A stretch of DNA of 64,000 nucleotides from Macrostomum lignano (Eukaryota). Below the pieces are notes generated by a model. The model was not told the DNA's origin, searched no databases, and saw only the letters and a program-made list of their open reading frames with translations. Positions within the stretch are counted from its first letter, which is position 1; the number at the start of each line of letters is the position of its first letter. Made by a program: the position numbers and the translations under genes. Positions 1 through 13,515 of the stretch are shown in pieces. The stretch is taken from NCBI GenBank assembly GCA_002269645.1, contig NIVC01001463.1, forward strand, positions 220,863-284,862. Reading direction: 5' to 3'.

Positions 1-100
1 CTTGTTGCTTGAGCGACTTCATCAGCATCCAGGTCTTGACAGTGTACAGCAAGACAGTCTCGATCACCGCCTCACCTGGAACAATGCTGCCTTCAAGCGG
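1..100 (-). mobile_element. Non-LTR (RTE-like) retrotransposon RT C-terminal fragment, decayed
   Basis: Minus strand reads LKAALFQ then (frameshift) AVIETVLLYTVKTWMLMKSLKQQ, resembling the VESVLLYGSETWTLT motif downstream of RTE-clade RT; runs off the window edge. Confidence 0.5.
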
Positions 101-1542
101 TCAGCTATACATTAAGCTGGCCTCACAGACTGCAGGACTTCCCAGACTACATGTAAATGTACTGTAGCTCAAGCCAGTAGTGTCGGAACATATTTCAGAG
201 TGGGTGGGGGGCTATTTGATAGGAGGGCACATTGCACATAATTTCTTCTAATCTAAGGGCACCCAAACTCCTGCTGTTATATCAGTTTGTGGCATTATGA
301 CATAACCAGGGCCAATATTTAATTGTGTTGGAGTAGCCAAAAGTTTGAAAATGCTCAAATTTTCAACTAATTTAAACATTGCGCAACTGTACTGCACTCA
401 TTTCAAGGACTGCACTTAAGTGACTTCAGTGGTCCAATTGACTAGGGCGCCAGTGCCGTGATCAAGTTCACCAAAGATGTTGATCCATATCTTGCACCAC
501 GGCTGGTGGGATGGCCACCTTGTCAGGGTCAGCAGCACCTTTGGGGGCTTGAAAGATTTTTCGCTCATGGTGCAGGGCTCGCAAAACATGACCAAGTCTT
601 GTGCAGCTATATGAGCAGGAATGCATGAATCAAAAGCACGCCGCTGTGGTACTGCACCCAATATTGCCAATTGGTTTGCGCGTCTGCCTGTGCCTTTGTG
701 TCTGTCTGCTCATGTCTGCTTGTGCCTTCTTATAGTGCATTGTACATTTTAGTGTTAAGCATGACAGGAGTGAAATACCTTATACATGTACGGCATGATT
801 GATGGATGAGTGCGCATGAAAAGTGTGTAATTATATATTCCAATCCAGAGCATTACCAGATATCAAGATTCACTGCGGGGGCTTCGGTTGGCTGTGCACA
901 GCGAGGTAAAGGGGTGGGAAAGCGCATGCAGTACACCAATTTTTATGACTCTATATATAGGGGACTTTAGCATCCTTGACGCGTTTTGATAGGAGAAATA
1001 TCATGTTTTGTAGTTGCATGTATTGTTGCATAAACACAAAAAGGGCCTACTCAAGATTTATTAATGCCCAGACGCATATGGGTATGAGTGCGCATGGGAT
1101 GATGCATTTGCATAGAATATTTGCATCGAAACATTTAACCTAATGGACATGCAGTCTAGTATTGCAAAAATTCAAAATTTGTTCATTTTAAAAAAATAGG
1201 GCAATTAATAAAACAAGTCATTGATAAAACAATAATTATAAGCTATATATAAGATATGCAGCTGTATCAGCTATATATCTATATCATTCATATAATGAAA
1301 ATTTTAGTCACTTTGTCAACAAGCAAATGGGAGGGACCTAGGCATTGGTCATTTTTTCAACCACCAATAAAGTTGCCCCAACACTTGGTCACTTTGTAAA
1401 CCGAGTTGATGAAACACCATTTGACAAAATGGCCATCCCCCGAAAAAACACCATTTTTTTAAATGAAAAATTTCATAACTTTTTTATTACTTGATCAATT
1501 TTTAAAAGTCTAGTGTCATTTCACTCATAATATCCAGGGCTA

Positions 1543-1908
1543 TTTTTTTATTAGAGGCAGGGGTTGTGTGCGCCCTGGCGCACTTTAAGCGACATTGGCA
1601 CACAACCGACGAGAGGCATTAGGCCCCCTACTGCCCATTCCGCCAACTTCCCTGAGCAGGCATACAAGCGCATAGATACGTACACAGGCACACACTCACA
1701 CAGGAGTGTACAGTGGCCCTAACTTTATATTATTGTTAGGCATGTACATTTCACTGGGCCTTGGGAGGTTGGCTCTCAAGGCTGTTAATTGCACAAGCAG
1801 AGCCAAGCCGAGATTCCAATTCAGCCCCAAATTAATGTGACTGCACTTGGAATCGAGCCTGGGTCGCTGGCACACCAGAGCAGCTGCGCTACTGCTGGGC
1901 TATGGTTC
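1543..1908 (-). mobile_element. tRNA-derived SINE (family A) with 19-bp TSD
   Basis: Minus-strand head has A-box-like TAGCCCAGCAG and B-box-like GGCTCGATTCC; A-rich tail; exact direct repeat CTCATAATATCCAGGGCTA at 1524-1542 and 1909-1927; close copy at about 40220-40590. Confidence 0.85.
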
Positions 1909-2120
1909 CTCATAATATCCAGGGCTACAACATGGCATGGCTGCATGGTTAAAAATTTGGATTTTGAAAAAAAAATTCTCACTGGACCCCCTACTGTACC
2001 TGTAGTATAGTATATAGACCAAGATTTTCTTTTTTATGAAATTAAAATGTTTTAATTTGACTTAGGACGTAGGTCTGAGTTAAATTAAAATTCTGTAATG
2101 CAGGCCTATTTTAATTTTAA

Positions 2121-2522
2121 TAAACGAAGAGCTTGCGTGCACGGCAGCCGTTCACGCAAGCTCAGAATTGCGTGCACGGCAGCTATCTACCTAGTGCTTT
2201 ATTTGCATGTATGCAGCCGTCCACCTAGTGTTGTAATTGCGTGCACGGCAGCCTGCAATTGGCCGGGACTGGGGCCCTTAAATCCACGCCTTGGCATTGG
2301 CAAACCTAATTAAAAAATATTTTTACTATATTGTTTTATAATGTTTTATCCCCCGTACACCATGGACTGCAAATGTAATCTTAATTCATTGTTTTTTTGT
2401 TAACTTGAATATTAATTCGAATAGTATATGACTTACTGTATAAGCCTATAAGATATAGCTCTGCCGTGCACGCAATTCTGAGCTTACGTGAACGGTGGCC
2501 GTGCACGCAAGCTCTTCGTTTA
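2121..2522. mobile_element. Foldback/MITE-like element with about 65-bp inverted arms
   Basis: TAAACGAAGAGCTTGCGTGCACGGC..GTTCACG..AAGCTCAGAATTGCGTGCACGGCAG at about 2121-2188 recurs as reverse complement at about 2455-2522. Confidence 0.6.
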
Positions 2523-4105
2523 ATAAAATAATAAAAACAGCAGATACTTAACCTTGACTGGAGACGTTAAGTGGGTTAAAAAATTAGGGAAAAATACATA
2601 CCCTACCGGCCTACCACGTACTTAGAAAGGTATGATTCTTTTAAGACCTAGTCGTCATCGACTGAACACAGGCCATGAGCCAGTCTAAGTCTCGTGAATC
2701 AAGTTAGCTAGCTTCGGTAATTCATATAAAATAAATAAAATTAAAAAGCCTAACAATAGGTGCTCTTTTTCAAAAAAAATTTTCAAAAAAATTCACTAAT
2801 GAAAAAGTTACTATTGTGACTTTAGTCAGCTAATATTTGTTATGAATTGTTATGATCGTTTTGTGTCTGTTTGTTAAAACAGAGTGAGTTTAATTTTTTT
2901 CGCACTACTGGTACTACTAACTTACTAATAACTACTACTACTACTACTGCTGCTGCTACTAGGCCTACTAGACCTACTGCCTCGGTGCACAGTACAATCA
3001 GCACTGCACAGGAGTCCCATTTAAAAACTTGCTCTTGCTGTAGTACCCTTAACCATTGTAAAATGATGTAAAGGCGTGACAGTCAGGCCTATCCATCCTA
3101 TCAATATCCTCCATCCATCCATCCAACGCCTTGGCCTTGCCATTCGTCAATTTGACAATAGATGACTTTGTCGCCTTTGTCGCCCTTTTGATCGGTTGCC
3201 TAATAGGCCTAGACATGATCGAGCCAAAATACGTCATAGCCTCTAGTACTACTACTATTTGTTCCTAGGCCTACTTAGGCCTATTTAGTTAGGCCTATTG
3301 ATATAAAAATAGGCCTAATCACTCATTCACATTATTATCAATATTTAATTCAATATATTTTCTTTCCAATAGCAATGTAATGTTATTGTCTAGGCCTATC
3401 ACCTATGTTTATGTCATTAGTGATAAGTCTGTATAAGTCTAGGAAAATAATTCTAAGGCCTAGGAAAGGCAAAGCCTAAGGCCTATCCGATAATGATAAA
3501 TTTATTTAAAATATTATATCTTAATATGCAAAATAGCAGCAATTATAGTCTTTTACTCCTGAATATTTTATACATTGGAAAATCCTAGCATACAACAGAC
3601 AAAAATGGTTGGCATAAACTTAAACTAGGGCCTATCCAGTATATAGAAAATTGCACCATAGAGCCAGCATATAGTCTAGGTTTATTTTTTGTGCACAGAG
3701 TGTGCATATGGCACCTTAAATTTTAAAATTGCACCTTGAAATTGAAAAGTGGATGCAGTTTAGGTGCGGTCTCATAACCTATTTTTCCATTGAAGCCTTA
3801 TTTGTACTACCTTAAAAATAAGAAAAAAAGATAAATTGCACTTTGAGCCTGAAAATTGCACCTTGAAATTGAGCATAAAGTGCAATTTTGCACCTTGTCT
3901 CTGGTAAAAAATAAATCCCTGCATTGGTTAGGGAATTCCTACCTATTAGTATGCAAAAGATTAAAAAACCATTATATTGTTGCAATACAAAAATGTCTTT
4001 TATTGTTGCAATACTTTTCTAATAATGTATGGCATAGATATCACAAGTAATAAGGTGTCATTTTAAAAAGAATAATCTGATCTATTGAACAAGTATAGTT
4101 TTGTA

Positions 4106-5200
4106 CTAGCAATCTTCGCCCCCCAATGGGGGACATCTTGATAGAATCTTTGTTCTTTACAAATAACAAATAAATAGCAAAATAAAGCCTTCATAAAAAA
4201 CAACAGACATTCCTTCTAAAAACAAAACATCCCAAGACAGCAAGCATCCCCAGACAGCATTCAAACATTGATCCCCAAATAGCCTAGCAGAATGGGCGCC
4301 TGCGCCTTCCCGCTGTGTCCCCTCTAAGACAGCCTTGCAATTAAGATCCCCAAATAGCAAGCATCTCCCAGACTGCAAGCATCCCCCAGATAGCAAGCAA
4401 CCCCAAATAGCAAGCATACCCCAGCTAGCAAGTATCCTCTAGACCCCAGATAGCAAGCATCCTCCAGACCCCAGATAGCAAGCATCCCCCAGATAGCAAG
4501 CATCCCCCAGATAGCAAACATTCCCTAGATAGCAAGCATCCCCCAGATAGCAAGCATCCCCCAGATAGCAAGCATCCCCTAGATAGCAAGCACCCCTAGA
4601 TAGCAAGCTTGGGATGAACAAAATGCAAACAGCACTGGTAGCACCTTAAAACAAGGGGAGGATAAATGTACCAATATTATAGTGGCTGAAAAAACAGGGG
4701 GAGAGAAAAGGGGAAAAACAGCGCAACTGTACAAATGCATACACACAAAACTGCACCCCCACTGGCTCAGATGTCGTAGCCGCAGTGGTAGCCAAGCCTG
4801 TACAGCTTTCTGACTGCGCCCTGCACTGTCGATGTCCACCACTGTGAGAGGCCAAGATTGATACAAGCGCGTGCCACATCTAGGTCACCTTCAGTGATAA
4901 GCCTGCAGACCGGCAAGCCCATTTCATGCATGGCAGTAGCTACTGCAGCTGCATTTCAAATGTCGAAGGAGGCATCTTGCACGTGCGCATCTTCAGGTAG
5001 GACTATAACCGCGGGTGGGCGTCTACGCCAGTCTGTCACTCTGCCGGCGGCGCCTACTTGTTCTTGCTTGGTGAACTGCTCCTGACTCGATTCAAGGTGT
5101 AGAGGTGCTTCTGCCGAGTTTCCCCCTAGATAGCAAGCATCTCCCAGATAGCAAGCATCCCCCAGACCGCAAGCAACCTCAAATAACAAGCATAACCTGG
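4106..5200 (-). mobile_element. Putative non-autonomous Helitron-like element (3-prime end at 4106; other end uncertain)
   Basis: Minus strand: CCCCCATTGGGGG hairpin, about 10 nt, then CTAG followed by T. A near-identical terminus is at 48640. Contains the 18-bp array. Confidence 0.4.
4240..4612. repeat. 18-bp minisatellite GATAGCAAGCATCCCCCA (second block 5125-5185)
   Basis: Direct tandem units visible; gives the spurious GDACYL-repeat ORFs. Confidence 0.9.
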
Positions 5201-6288
5201 TTACAAAGAGACCTTATAGATATCTAGTATAGTTTTGTATAGATTCACTATGGAAAAAACAAACAAGCTCTAGTTGAAATGTTTGTCTTAAGATTATATC
5301 TTTACAAAAGTGCATTTCCTCATGTACAATAAAACTTAAGCTTAAAATGTTTGAGGGTTATAGGTATGCCTTACTAAGATGCATAACATTATTAAGTTTT
5401 TTTTTAATTGTAACAAAAATCCTACTAGTAGGGGCCTAGTATAATTTCCAAATAAAAAAAGATTGATTCTAAACTTGTTAGCCTACTAACAGTAGGATAT
5501 GGGCATTTTTCTCCTTTTTATTTCTAGCCTAGCCTCAAAAATTCACCTATCCAATGCAACTTAGTTTTGTCTAGATTTGCAACTTAGTTCCTCCCGATTG
5601 CAACTTAGCTTCTCCTAATTGCAACTTCGTTTTCCCTTTGTATATGACTTTTTTGCCTTTTTTATCTTTTCTTCTCTTTCTCTTTTTTCTTTTCCCTTTC
5701 CTAATTCCTTCTTCTCCCTCTTTTTTTTCCTTTTTTCTTCTTTTTTTCTCCCAATTTTTCATTTTTTTCATTTTCAATTTTGCAACTTACCTTGGCCTGC
5801 AGCCATTTTACCCGTCTGGTTTGGATGGGTTGGACAGGTGTTGGGCATATGTTTATATTGGTAGGATTTTCATAGCTACATGATTTTGCCATACTTGTGG
5901 TCATAATAAAATAGGCATGGTTATCGCAACTTTTAGGGTCATAAATCATTGCTTGTGAGCTTGTCTGATAGCCATTAATATAATTTAGATTAACATCCAT
6001 ATCTGCTTCTATAATTTATGCAACTTACTTTTTAACCAAAAATGCAACTTATCTATAAAAGAAACCTAAGCAAAAACAATGTAATTTTGGATAAATAACA
6101 GGAATAACTAACATTTTTTGGCTATATGTACCAAATATTATATTATTATATTTGAGAAATTTATGCACATAAGCAAGCACTCATATATATTCCATATATA
6201 TTCTATATATTATATATTATTATATATTATATTATATATATTCCATATTATCATTATAGATATTATTATATATATTCCATATATTATA

Positions 6289-7176
6289 CAGTGTTGGGCA
6301 CCGTTAATGAAAATCTTAACTTCCATTAATAGCAAAAGCGTTAGCATTAAAACAAAAAAATCTTAACTTTTTAGCTCCTAATTTCGTTAAGTTAACTGAA
6401 AGTTAACTGATAATCGTTAATAAGCGTTAATCCATTAATGTTAACATAGAAAATACGGAAATCTTGCACGTTTTTTCCAAAACAGACTTCGTAATGCACA
6501 TCTTTGCTATTCCATCTTTTTAGCGAAACACAGAGGTCATCTAAGCTATTTGAAAGCTAAAAAAGTAATAAATAATCATTTTAAAAACTTGCATGCATAA
6601 TACTACTAAAAGTAAAGCATATGGTAAAAAAAGTAACTTATTTTGTTTTGAAACTTAAAAGCTAATGACGAGAAATTCATAATTAAATACGCATAGGAAG
6701 GTTGTTTCAGTACCATTAGCAGGCGCAGCAGAAAGTTGCGAAAGATTGGGACAGAAGTGAATCAAAGCAATCGATGCTCACGCGCAAGAAATAAAGTTTC
6801 ACACTATTTTAATTCATTATTTTAAAGTTTATTTGTAAGAAGTTGTTAATTACATGTATGTCTGTATGATCATCGTCATAAATAAAGAGATTATATTTAG
6901 GCATATAGGTAAGCTCAAATACGTTCGTAATGTTTAAACTTCTTGTAAGACTTCTATTTTTCGTTCTTTCTTTGCGTCTTTGGTCATTGACATAGACACT
7001 ACCGTTAACGATGAATTTATCATTAATTCACAAAATTTTTAATGCAAATTTGTTAATCCGTTAGTTCAAAAAAATCTTAACAATAGTCCGTTAACGTTAA
7101 TGAAAAATCTTAACTTAACGCTTATTGACGCTTATTAACGGATTAACACTTATTAACGGACTGGTGCCCAACACTG
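6289..7176. mobile_element. Non-autonomous TIR element, hAT-like termini
   Basis: Perfect 14-bp TIR CAGTGTTGGGCACC / GGTGCCCAACACTG; many subterminal CGTTAA/TTAACG motifs; ATTATA on both flanks but no clean 8-bp TSD. Confidence 0.7.
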
Positions 7177-10048
7177 ATTATACATATATAATATATGTAT
7201 TATATTTGTATACTCTTGTACTCTTGTATATATATATATACAAGAGGAAGTCTAAAGTTGAATGTTAAAAAAAACAAGTTCAAGGCATGCACTGCATTCA
7301 CTATGCTTTGTGTATATGAGTGTGAGTGGTAAAGTATATAAATTTTACAAATATAATGCTATACTTGTTGCAATATTGTTTTAGAATTTTGTTTACATTG
7401 GTTGCAAATGACAAAAGTTATTGTTTTAAATCAGGTGCATTTTGTAGGCCACCCTATACTATCATCTAATGCATGGGTCTCCAACCTTTTATAGGTGGCA
7501 GGCTACATTGACACATTGACAATTGGCTTAGGATCTATAAGCTGCGTGCTTCCCTCTCCCCCCTTAACCCTTTTAACCTCCAACCCCTACATCATTTGCC
7601 TTGAACCTTATTGATATTAGCAGGCATTCCTTCCTACTCTTGACTATCTATATATTTATGTGCTAGGAGTGGCTAAAATAGCAATCTAAATGATTTGGGA
7701 GTTGCATATACTCATATTTTCAAAGGCTGCACAATAGAATCTAATAATAGACTTAGCAGGCTACACATAATGTTAATGTAAACTACTAGAAGTTGCCGCA
7801 GGCTGCACAAAAAGGGCTCGCAGGTTGCAGGTTAAGGACCCCTAATATAATCCAATAGTATGCAATGATTTTGTGATAAAAATATTATAGCATCTTGATT
7901 TTTAAGATTGCATTTTCAAATTAGATTTTAAATGCAATTTTTCATCTTAGTTAGTTTTTTATATAACAGGAATATAATATTTTGACTTTCCAAATTACAT
8001 CTTAAATTAGACTTTGAATATGATTTTGAATCTTAGTAATAGCAAAAAACCTAGCTACTAAAGGACAAAGCAACTTTTTGATAGATAAATCAAAGATAGG
8101 TCCTAGTTCATTCAACATTTAATAATTAAATTGGCCATTATCAATTTGGCCAAACATGAGATAAATTAATTGGCTAGTTGATAAATAAATATATATAATC
8201 AACTATGCAACCTATATCATGCATGCTTGATGTTTATTCTTATTAAGCAAATGAGATATTTTGGATGCCATGGCATTCCTGCACTATAAACCCTAGGAGT
8301 CCAAAGAGGTGTGATAGAAGTATATATATTAGGGTTAGTAGCATTGCTACATTTAGACTCTAAAGGACAAAATATAATAAAGGTCAAAAGAAGTTTAATA
8401 GGGGGTTGTATGTTTGTATGTTAGGGTCCATATGTTGGGGTCTGAAGCATTGCTATATATGAACCTTATATTTGATTGCATTTGCATTTGAAAAGTAAAA
8501 GTTGTATATAAGCTACTTATTTATTAAATTGACAATTTATATCATAGGGTGCACCTCAAGGTGGTTAGATAGGGTCAGCCTCGGGACAAAAGGGAAAGTC
8601 CAAAACTCAGAAAAGTTCAACAGGTAGTAGTAGCCCCACTACCACAGTATTCTTAGTACAATTCTAATGAAATTCTATACCATTTACTAAAATGATATGC
8701 CAACTTTTACCTTCTTTTAGACTATGAATATGCAGCTTAGTATTCAAAAGTTTTGTAGAGTCAACACTTAATCAACCAAGAAGTAGGCAAAAGGCTGTTC
8801 ATTAGAATGGAATCATTGTCATCACATTCATTGTTTGCTAACAGCTTGTAATACATGTAATACCTCTTTGTATCTTGCCTTTGCCACATATGTTTGAGTA
8901 CATTTGAGTACATTTGAGTACATTTTGTTTGGTATCCTTTGGTACTTAAGGAAGCATATAAGCTGCCTTGTATCTAGAGCTATATAGCTGAATCATTAGA
9001 AAGGACTCTTGAAATAGAACATTTGACAGTGATAGTGGCTTGTACAATTCAACCTTCTCTCTAACAGTTTTCTCTTGGCAATGCAAGACTTGGTCAGTAA
9101 AAGAGGCTTTTCATGTTGTTTAATAATATTCAATTTCCATTATGTAGAAGTTTTCATTTAGCCTAATTCAATAAGTTTGACTCTCAGGAACACATTTCAC
9201 ATCTCCAAAAAGATCTACTTTTGGCAATGTATTAACTGTTAACCATGGTCTTTTATTGGCATTACTAGGCATAATGCTGCACCAGATATAGCCACTTTGT
9301 CATGTGTCATAGCTATGCCAGAAAATGCTTGATCAATTATTAATTGTCTGGGTTCCAGGAAAAAGAGCTCAGTATTGGCCTTACTAGGCTCTGGCAAACA
9401 CAGATCTGTATTGGTGTCAAATCTATCGGATTTCCGAATTTGCATGCCTTCAATAACAAAGATTTTGAGCTTTGCACAGCTTTGCAGAAGAAAGTCTTGC
9501 AATGAAAAAACTATAATAAGCTTCCTTTTCGACTTGTCATAGTTGCTGATACAAAGCTGCAATGCAAAAGGATTTAGGTACCTGGAGTCTACTCAAACTA
9601 ATATATTTGTACACAGTATGGTAGTTTTTATACTTGAATAGTTTCATTCTCACTGGAATGTTAAAATGCTAGTCATGAATTTTTTAACAGAATACTAACT
9701 TCTTTCACGTTATTGGCAAACTTAATATGCTGACAATTAGGATTGTAATAACTGAGGTATTTAAAACTAAATGAATTTAGGTTTCAAAATTCAAAATCTC
9801 AAGCTGTCTGTGTCTGCATGCAGCAGATAGCTGAGTCTCAACTATAGATCTCATTTATCCCCTAGATAGGCCACTTTGTATTGTGGCAATAGAAAAAGCC
9901 GACATGGGTTGCTTAAGTTTTGAGCTCAGTAGTTTATACTACTCACGTTTAGTATAATGGATTTAGGGACATAGACGCTATTTTTTAGAATTTGATAAAC
10001 TTCTTATGAATTAAAAAAGCTACATGTAATCACACAATCAAACTAAAA

Positions 10049-10606
10049 ATGATGCATGCACTGCAGAGACTACTGACGAAATCCAGTTTGAAATTGAGTT
10101 TTTCTCTGCATAAGAATCAATTTCAATCCAAAGTAGTAATTCATAAGATTGCGCTGAATAAATCTGGTCTGCTCTCTACTCTGCATGCCAGTTCGCTACG
10201 AGTCGCCCTGGCGCAGTCCTCCAGCCCCAGTAGCCAGCAGGGCCAGCAGCCTGCCCGGTTCAAGGCTAAGAAGACCCTAGGCCAGCGCCAGGCTGAATCG
10301 GCGCATATTAAATGCCGCTTCCCAGCCAAGGTGCCAGTTATTGTTGAACGGTATCCGCGCGAGCGCTCGCTAGCTAGCTTGGACAAGGCTAAGTTTCTCG
10401 TGCCAGAAGAGCTCACCGTTGGCCAATTTGCTGCTATAATTAGGCAGCGCATTCGTATCGATCAAAATCAGGCGTTCTACCTGTTAGTGAATAATAAATG
10501 CCTAGTTGCTATGTCAGCCACCCTAGGCCAGGTGTACGACTGCGACAGAGACGAAGATGGCTTCTTGTATATGACTTACGCTAGCCAGGAAATGTTCGGT
10601 TTTTGA
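10049..10606 (+). CDS. MAP1LC3C: Atg8-family ubiquitin-like protein, LC3C-like (start uncertain)
   Basis: RFKAKKTL..RQAE..IK.RFPAKVPVIVERYPRE..L..LDKAKFLVPEELT..QF..IIR...AFYLLVNNK.LV.MSAT..DEDGFLYMTYASQEMFG matches the LC3 subfamily and LC3C specifically; C-terminal Gly followed by one residue; no intron in the domain. Confidence 0.9.
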   Translation: MMHALQRLLTKSSLKLSFSLHKNQFQSKVVIHKIALNKSGLLSTLHASSLRVALAQSSSPSSQQGQQPARFKAKKTLGQRQAESAHIKCRFPAKVPVIVERYPRERSLASLDKAKFLVPEELTVGQFAAIIRQRIRIDQNQAFYLLVNNKCLVAMSATLGQVYDCDRDEDGFLYMTYASQEMFGF

Positions 10607-12099
10607 TCTATATTTACTGTGTATTAATATTATATACTGTTGCGTGTGTGCAGATTAGCAGATTCTAATCCCGTTGTCTTAGTGTGAGCAGGTTTAACAT
10701 TTGAGAACCCAGTCAGTCTGAATAATAGAAGTAGATTATTGTAAGCACTAGTCTTCATAAGTCATAACAAGACTATGGCACCTGGCTCGTCTAAGTCAGG
10801 TGTTGGCAAACTTTTGTACCTCGAGGGCTGGATAAGAATCTAGCTCACGGCTGCAGGCCATCTGAGAGAGGAAAACAGGTATAGAAGAGAGGGAATGGAT
10901 GGATGAGAGATGAAAAAGTGAGAGTGAAAAAAAGAGATAAGAGAGAGAGAGAGAGAGCTGAGAAGAGAAGAGACAACACAAACCTTGAGCAGACTGTATT
11001 GCTATTGTGAAGTCTCGAAAGACTCCGAGTGTCGTTGTAGGCCTTCATGTTTGCCAATCACTGATCTAAGCCAACGGGAATCTCAGCACTATTACATTCG
11101 TGTACTGTACATATTCGTGCTTGTCGTTAGGGTTTTTCTGCATGGACAAATCCATTTTTTGTAACTTTATATAACTCTACTGATTATTTTTGTAGTTCAC
11201 TATCTTTACAAATCGATTACAAAAACTGCCAGTCAAACATTCGACAATAGATTTTTTAAACCGTAGTTTTTTTTCACAAATTTACCAATAAATAGTTTTT
11301 ATACTTAGCCATTATTGCCTGCGCTTTGTTTTCGTGCATAATAATTTTTAAGATAAATTTAGATAATGCAAACATTATTAAACTGTATAGTATATAATTA
11401 TTCTGATGGTATTAGCGAGAAAGCTCACAGTTAAATTCCATGCCTCATTCAAGGTAAGCCAGATAGTTTTTTTGAACTATATTGCGCCATTTTCAATTTT
11501 TATTACGTTTATAATATAATAAAATTGCATGATTTCTTGTCTTATTTGGGTGCCTACTACTGCTAACACTACTGACTACTATTCTAAGTTGCTTTTGAAT
11601 TGCTTTCCGTTTTATTTTAGTTTGTTAAAGTTTATAAGTTAATAAATAAACAGGATAGAAATGTTGTAACGCATTCAATTCTCTTGATTATTTTGCTATG
11701 AATTTTATGGTTATTTTATATTTACTTGAGAACAAAAAGATAATTTAAGACTGTATCAAACAGATAGAGTAGCTCGTAAGCCGTGTTCCTTTGTTTTACC
11801 CCTATTATTACAATTATAGACAGAAAATATTAATTATAATTCAAATCCTAGGACTATACATTGGTATATATTTATACGCTTGTGTCAAGCACCCTGTTTT
11901 TTCCAAGCTAAATACTAGTTAAGTTGTGTATTTTTTATTTCATTATAAGTATCAATTATTTTATTAATTCTCTGAACTTTAATACTTCTATCAATTGTTA
12001 GGTTTGAGTAAATCTGGAAACATGGAGTCTACAGACTTCTGCAACTTCTGTGAGTCAAAAAGTTCCAGTAATGTAAAGAGTAGGGCAGAGTTGCTGGTA

Positions 12100-12820
12100 T
12101 TTTAAATTTGATTTGGAAATCTTTGTCTGATGCCAGCTGGGATCTCGGCTTTTAATTTGGGATTTGGACATCTTTGACTGATGCCAGCTGGGATCTCGGC
12201 TTTTAATTTGGGATTTGGACATCTTTGACTGATGCCAGCTGGGATCTCGGCTTTTAATTTGGGATTTGGACATCTTTGACTGATGCCAGCTGGGATCTCT
12301 ACTTTTACTTTGGGATTTGGAACTCTTTGACTGATGCCAGCTGGGATCTCGGCTTTTACTTTGGGATTTGGAACTCTTTGACTGATGCCAGCTGGGATCT
12401 CGGCTTTTAATTTAAGATTTGGACATCTTTGACTGATACCAGCTGGGATCTCGGCTTTTAATTTGGGATTAGGACATCTTTGACTGATGCCAGCTGGGAT
12501 CTCTACTTTTACTTTGGGATTTGGAACTCTTTGACTGATGCCAGCTGGGATCTCGGCTTTTACTTTGGGATTTGGACATCTTTGACTGATGCCAGCTGGG
12601 ATCTCGGCTTTTACTTTGGGATTTGGAACTCTTTGACTAATGCCAGCTGGGATCTCTACTTTTACTTTGGGATTTGGACATCTTTGACTGATGCCAGCTG
12701 GGATCTCGGCTTTTACTTTGGGATTTGGACATCTTTGACTGATGCCAGCTGGGATCTCGGCTTTTACTTTGGGATTTGGACATATTTGACTGATGCCAGT
12801 TGGGATCTCGGCTTTTAATT
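12100..12820. repeat. 51-bp minisatellite
   Basis: Unit TGACTGATGCCAGCTGGGATCTCGGCTTTTACTTTGGGATTTGGACATCTT, about 14 copies. Confidence 0.95.
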
Positions 12821-13019
12821 TGGCATCCTGAATTTGGATTAAGGATGACTAATGGCACTGCGATTGTGACGCTTTAATAAAAACTATTTAAACAGGGGGA
12901 GAGAAGAAGAGGATAGAATAGATTATTAGAGAGAAGAGAGCTGACAGAAGACAAACCTTGAGCCCTGACTAGCACTAAGTAAGAAGTTAATTCACTGATT
13001 AGGAGCTTCTAAATGAGAA

Positions 13020-13295
13020 AGTGCTCAGCGTTAAAAGCGCCTCTAGCGCCACAAGCCCCCTGTCTTGCCTCATTTAGGGATTGTGTGGTGAGATTCACAG
13101 CTATGAAAGTCAAACCTCAAGGCACAGAGAGTGTACATGCCTGACGATTAGACAGTCACAAGGGCCGCTGTACACTCTGTGTGAGCGTTGTGTACGAGTG
13201 TGTGCTCAGGAGTCTGCGGAATGGGCAGAATTGATTAGCGCTGGTTGTAAGACGATGTCGCCAAAGGCGTTGCACCAGGGTGCCGACAGCCCTGG
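13020..13295 (+). mobile_element. Diverged copy of SINE family A
   Basis: Shares GTGTACATGCCT.ACGA, GGGCCGCTGTACACTC, CTCAGG..GCGGAATGGGCAG and GGTTGT..GATGTCGCC blocks with the reverse complement of 1543-1908. Confidence 0.55.
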
Positions 13296-13515
13296 GAGTA
13301 TTATTATCGATTTCGTATTTTACGAGCTAAGACCCGTAGAACTCCTTTTTCATAGTTAAATTTAGCTACAGTGTACATAGAATATTTGCTTCACATTTTG
13401 TTCTTACTACTCATTAGTAGGCAATGTGTTTTACACGTTGGCTCATTATCCGAGCTTGCAATCCCTCTCTCTCTCTCTCTCTCTCTTATTTCCGCAGCCG
13501 CTGCAGACTCTGACA

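Noticed and set aside
5571-6366. Lys-rich, Phe-rich and Ile/Tyr-rich ORFs
   Set aside because: Low-complexity AT-rich tracts.
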